From assembly GCF_039654945.1 (NCBI RefSeq), contig NW_027361696.1:47616001-47680000 (forward strand): a DNA stretch of 64,000 nt, given 5' to 3'. A program made the translations under genes and the position numbers. Below are positions 60,421 through 64,000 of this stretch, one piece after another (position 1 is the first letter of the stretch; each line of letters starts with the position of its first letter). Source of the stretch: Dendrobates tinctorius. Taxonomy: Eukaryota. The notes below the pieces were generated by a model. The model saw only the letters and a list, made by a program, of their open reading frames with translations, did not search any database and was not told where the DNA came from.

Positions 60421-60878
60421 TGTGATAAAACACTCCGGGATCGCCTTTGCTGGGGTCAAAGGTCACGTGCGTTCAGCATGAAACTCAGGCGCACAGCCGG
60501 GTTCCGGGTATAACTGACACTGGGTCAGGTGTATTAAAGGTGAAAGCAATGCATAAAGGAAAAAAACATAAAACAAATCCTTGCCTGTCCGGCACTAACT
60601 AAACAAGGTACAACCTAATTACCAACTGGCGGGCTTCTCCCGTCCAGCCAAACCACAGTTGCAGTGGGCACTGCTTTCATTCACGTGTGTCTCTCACACA
60701 GACAAGCTCTCTGTGTCCCCAGGCTGAGACACTCACACAACCACCTGGCATCCTTTTATATCCTCCTCCCATAATTCATTAGTAACCAGGTGAGATACTG
60801 ACCAGACTAGGCCACATAGGAAAGGTATCTGGGCGAGATATACCTGCCCTCATCCACTATTCCCACATGATTCTCACA
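60421..60878. mobile_element. Solo LTR inserted in the 35-bp satellite
   Basis: TGTGA...TCACA ends, 4-bp TSD GAAT, 458 bp, no internal coding region. Confidence 0.8.
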
Positions 60879-61315
60879 GAATATAACTACTATAATACTG
60901 CCCCTATGTACAAGAATATAACTACTATAATACTGCCCTCTATGTACAAGAATATAATTACTATAATACTGCCTGTATGTACAAGAACATAACTACAATA
61001 CTGCACCTTTGTACAAGAATATAACTACTATAATATTGCCCCCTATGTACAAGAATATAACTACTATAATACTGCCCCTATGTACAAGAATATAATTACT
61101 ATAATACTGCCCCCATGTACAAGAATATAATTACTATAATACTGCCCCCTATCTACAAGGATATAACTACTATAATACTTCTCCAATGTACAAGAATACA
61201 TCTACTATAATACTGCCCCTATGTACAAAAATATAAATACTATAATACTGCTCCTATGTACAAGAATATAACTACTATAATACTGCCTGTATGTGCAAGA
61301 ATATAACTACTATAA

Positions 61316-61509
61316 GGGCTCATACTCACTTGCGAGAGTCTCTCGCATGAAAACCTGGCACTGCCGCCGGCACTCGGACCGGAGCATGCGGCTACATGTA
61401 TTTCTATGCAGCTGCACGCTCTGGTCCAAGTGCCGGCGGCAGTGCCAGGTTTTCATGTGAGAGACTTGCATGACAATCATGCGAGTTTCTCGCAAGTGAG
61501 TATGAGCTC
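61316..61509. mobile_element. Palindromic Harbinger-type MITE in the satellite
   Basis: TIR GGGCTCATACTCACTTGCGAGA, TAA TSD. Confidence 0.85.
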
Positions 61510-63092
61510 TAATACTGCCCTATGCACAAGAATATAACTACTATAATACTGCCCCTATGCACAAGAATATAACTACTATAATACTGCCCCTATGCACAAC
61601 AATATAACTACTATAACACTGCTCCTATGCACAAGAATATAACTACTATAATACTGCCCCTATGCACAAGAATATAACTACTATAATACTGCCCCTATGC
61701 ACAACAATATGACTATTATAATACTGCCTCTATGTACAAGAATATAACTACTATAATACTGCCCCCATGTACAAGAATATAACTACTATAATACTTCCCC
61801 TATGTACAAGAATATAACTATTATAATACTGCTCCTGTGTACAAGAATATAACTACTATAATACTGTCCCTATGTACAAGAATATAACTACTATATTACT
61901 GCCCCTATGTACAAGAATATAACTACTATAATACTGCCCCTATGTACAAGAATATAACTACTATAATACTGCTCCCTATGTACAAGAGTATAACTAATAT
62001 AATACTGCCCCTATGTACAAGAATATAACTATTATAATACTGCTCCTGTGTACTAGAATATAACTACTACTATAATATTGCCCCCTTATGTACAATAATA
62101 TAGCTGCTATACTATTGGCCAATCTGTTTCATGAGAGGAGTGGGAAGTTACCGTGGTCTACGTCTAAGTGTCACTGTGTTGTAATGTATGGAAACAAGTT
62201 GCAATTATTTTGCACTAGGTGTCACTGTTTTCCAGTCTTTTTATATTATCCAGGATAAAAGAATTGTGGTTATGGTTGTAAACTTCCATGATTTTCCTAC
62301 TAGTGTCCTTTACCTGGTGATTGAACTGAAGCTAATTCATTGCTCAGTGCAAAAGTTTCCAACCTTCTCCCACGTCTGATGTCACACACAGGCCAAGTGG
62401 GTGGCGATACTCTGACCGGCTATAGCTGAACTTTACATGATGAGATTAACATGTGGGTTAAAGGAACCGAAACCCAAAAATTTGGCGGGATGGTATCGGA
62501 AGCACTTAGGTGTTTTGATGCAGCAAGTTCTGACTTTGGTCACTTTTACCATTTAGAATATGGGTAGCCTTGGGTCAGCTGACTAACACTGCCTGTTACG
62601 GTACTTTAAACAATTGTGCCAAATGCCATCCTATAGTGGATACGGGGCATGTAGGGGAGTCACTTCTACAACGCTCAACATATCTAATATTTAAGATATT
62701 TAAAGGGTAACCGTTGCTTTCATTTTTTTATATATATATTAATCGTACACGTTAAAATAAGAAACTTTATAATATATCTTATCAGAGAAATCTTTATTGA
62801 TTCTCAATTCACAGGTAAAATCTATCTTTCCTGAATACCGTTTCTACCCATGAATTAAAAGTGAAAGTTCAGTCCAGGAGGAGAAAGAGGCAGATTTCTC
62901 TGATAAGATATATAACAATCACATGCACTATTGATTTATGAAATAACAATTTTATTACATTTTTTTTAGAAGCACCTGATCTTTATTTTGTGCCGGTGAT
63001 TCTCAAGGCAGATCGTCTTCAGCTTAGCGTTGGGGTATAGCATGTTGTATCCTTGCACCAAGTAATGACCATTTTACAGTACAGTTCTTTCA

Positions 63093-64000
63093 CAGGGGCG
63101 TAACGACCACAGTTGCAAAGGTCGCGACCGGGCCCGTGCGGGTGATGGGCACACCAGTGCCAGCACAATCTTCAGCTGGGTGTGCGTTTTCGGATGCACA
63201 TTCAGCTGAAGTGTATTGCGATGCAGAGACCCCCGTAGCGTCCGTGATTATCAATACAGGTGCCGGCCAATCAGAGGCCAGCAGCCAGTGACTGTGGGAG
63301 CATGGCAGTGACGTCATGTGCTGTCATCACTTACCGGCTTGTGAAGAGAATGCCGCATGGTGGGAAAGTGGGTATAATGGTTTATTTTTTTCTATGCATT
63401 AAAGAACAGCAGCAGAATGGAGGACATATTTCAGGATGGGGGATATACATACCAGGAACAGCCCAGGATAAGGGACATATACAAGAATGGGGCCCAGAAT
63501 AAGGGACATACATACCAGGATGGGGATATACATACCAGGAAGGGCCCAGGATTAGGGATATATACAAGGATGGGGCCCAGGATAAGGGACATGGATTCCA
63601 GGATGAGGGATATATATACCAGGATGGCACCAGGATAAGGGACATATTTACCAAGATGAGGCCAGGATAAGGGACATATCTACCAGGATGGGACCAGGAT
63701 AAGGGACATATATACCAGGCTGGGGGATATATATACCAGGATGGGGCCCAAAATAAGGGACATATATACCAGGATGGGGCCAGGATAAGGGACATGCATA
63801 CCAGGTTGGGGGATATATATACCAGGATGGGGCCCAAAATAAGGGACATATATACCAGAATGGCACCAGGATAAGGGACATATATACCAAGATGAGGCCA
63901 GGCTAAGGGACATATATACCAGGTTGGGGGATACTGTATATATACCAGGATGGAGCCCAAAATAAGGGACATATATACCAGGATGAGGCCAGGATAAGGG
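63093..64000. repeat. hAT-like left end (CAGGGGCGTAAC) with internal ACCAGGATGGGGCCCAGGATAAGGGACATATAT minisatellite; runs off the window
   Basis: Repeat array 63420-64000. Confidence 0.7.

Larger units (their letters stand above)
57715..62095. repeat. AT-rich 35-bp satellite, interrupted by three insertions
   Basis: AATACTGCCCCTATGTACAAGAATATAACTACTAT unit. Confidence 0.95.

Noticed and set aside
59307-63972. 191-aa and 196-aa minus-strand ORFs
   Set aside because: Translations of minisatellites

Overview
Vertebrate genomic DNA, very probably from a frog (the repeat and MITE style is anuran; the species cannot be determined). The + strand carries a complete 14-exon SMG9 gene (NMD factor, 510 aa after manual splicing; exon 1 is inferred and non-coding). 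Tail-to-tail with it, on the - strand, lie three immunity-related GTPase (IRG, IRGC-like, GKS-type) genes: two full-length (409 and 398 aa) and one of 227 aa that lacks the C-terminal helical domain. This matches the human SMG9-IRGC arrangement. Unlike mammalian IRGC, the frog copies have clear ISRE/IRF and NF-kB motifs upstream. A degenerate 7-kb Gypsy LTR retrotransposon sits about 0.5 kb upstream of the main IRG promoter, and its LTR carries NF-kB and AP-1 sites. The remainder is a dense patchwork of Tc1, Helitron, Harbinger, hAT, Kolobok/T2, piggyBac-type, CR1 and Penelope remnants plus many minisatellites. Most interesting: the expanded, probably interferon-inducible IRG cluster with a truncated IRGM-like member and a possibly shared first exon, and an in-frame uORF in SMG9 that could give NMD autoregulation. 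All coordinates were read by eye and no database search was run.
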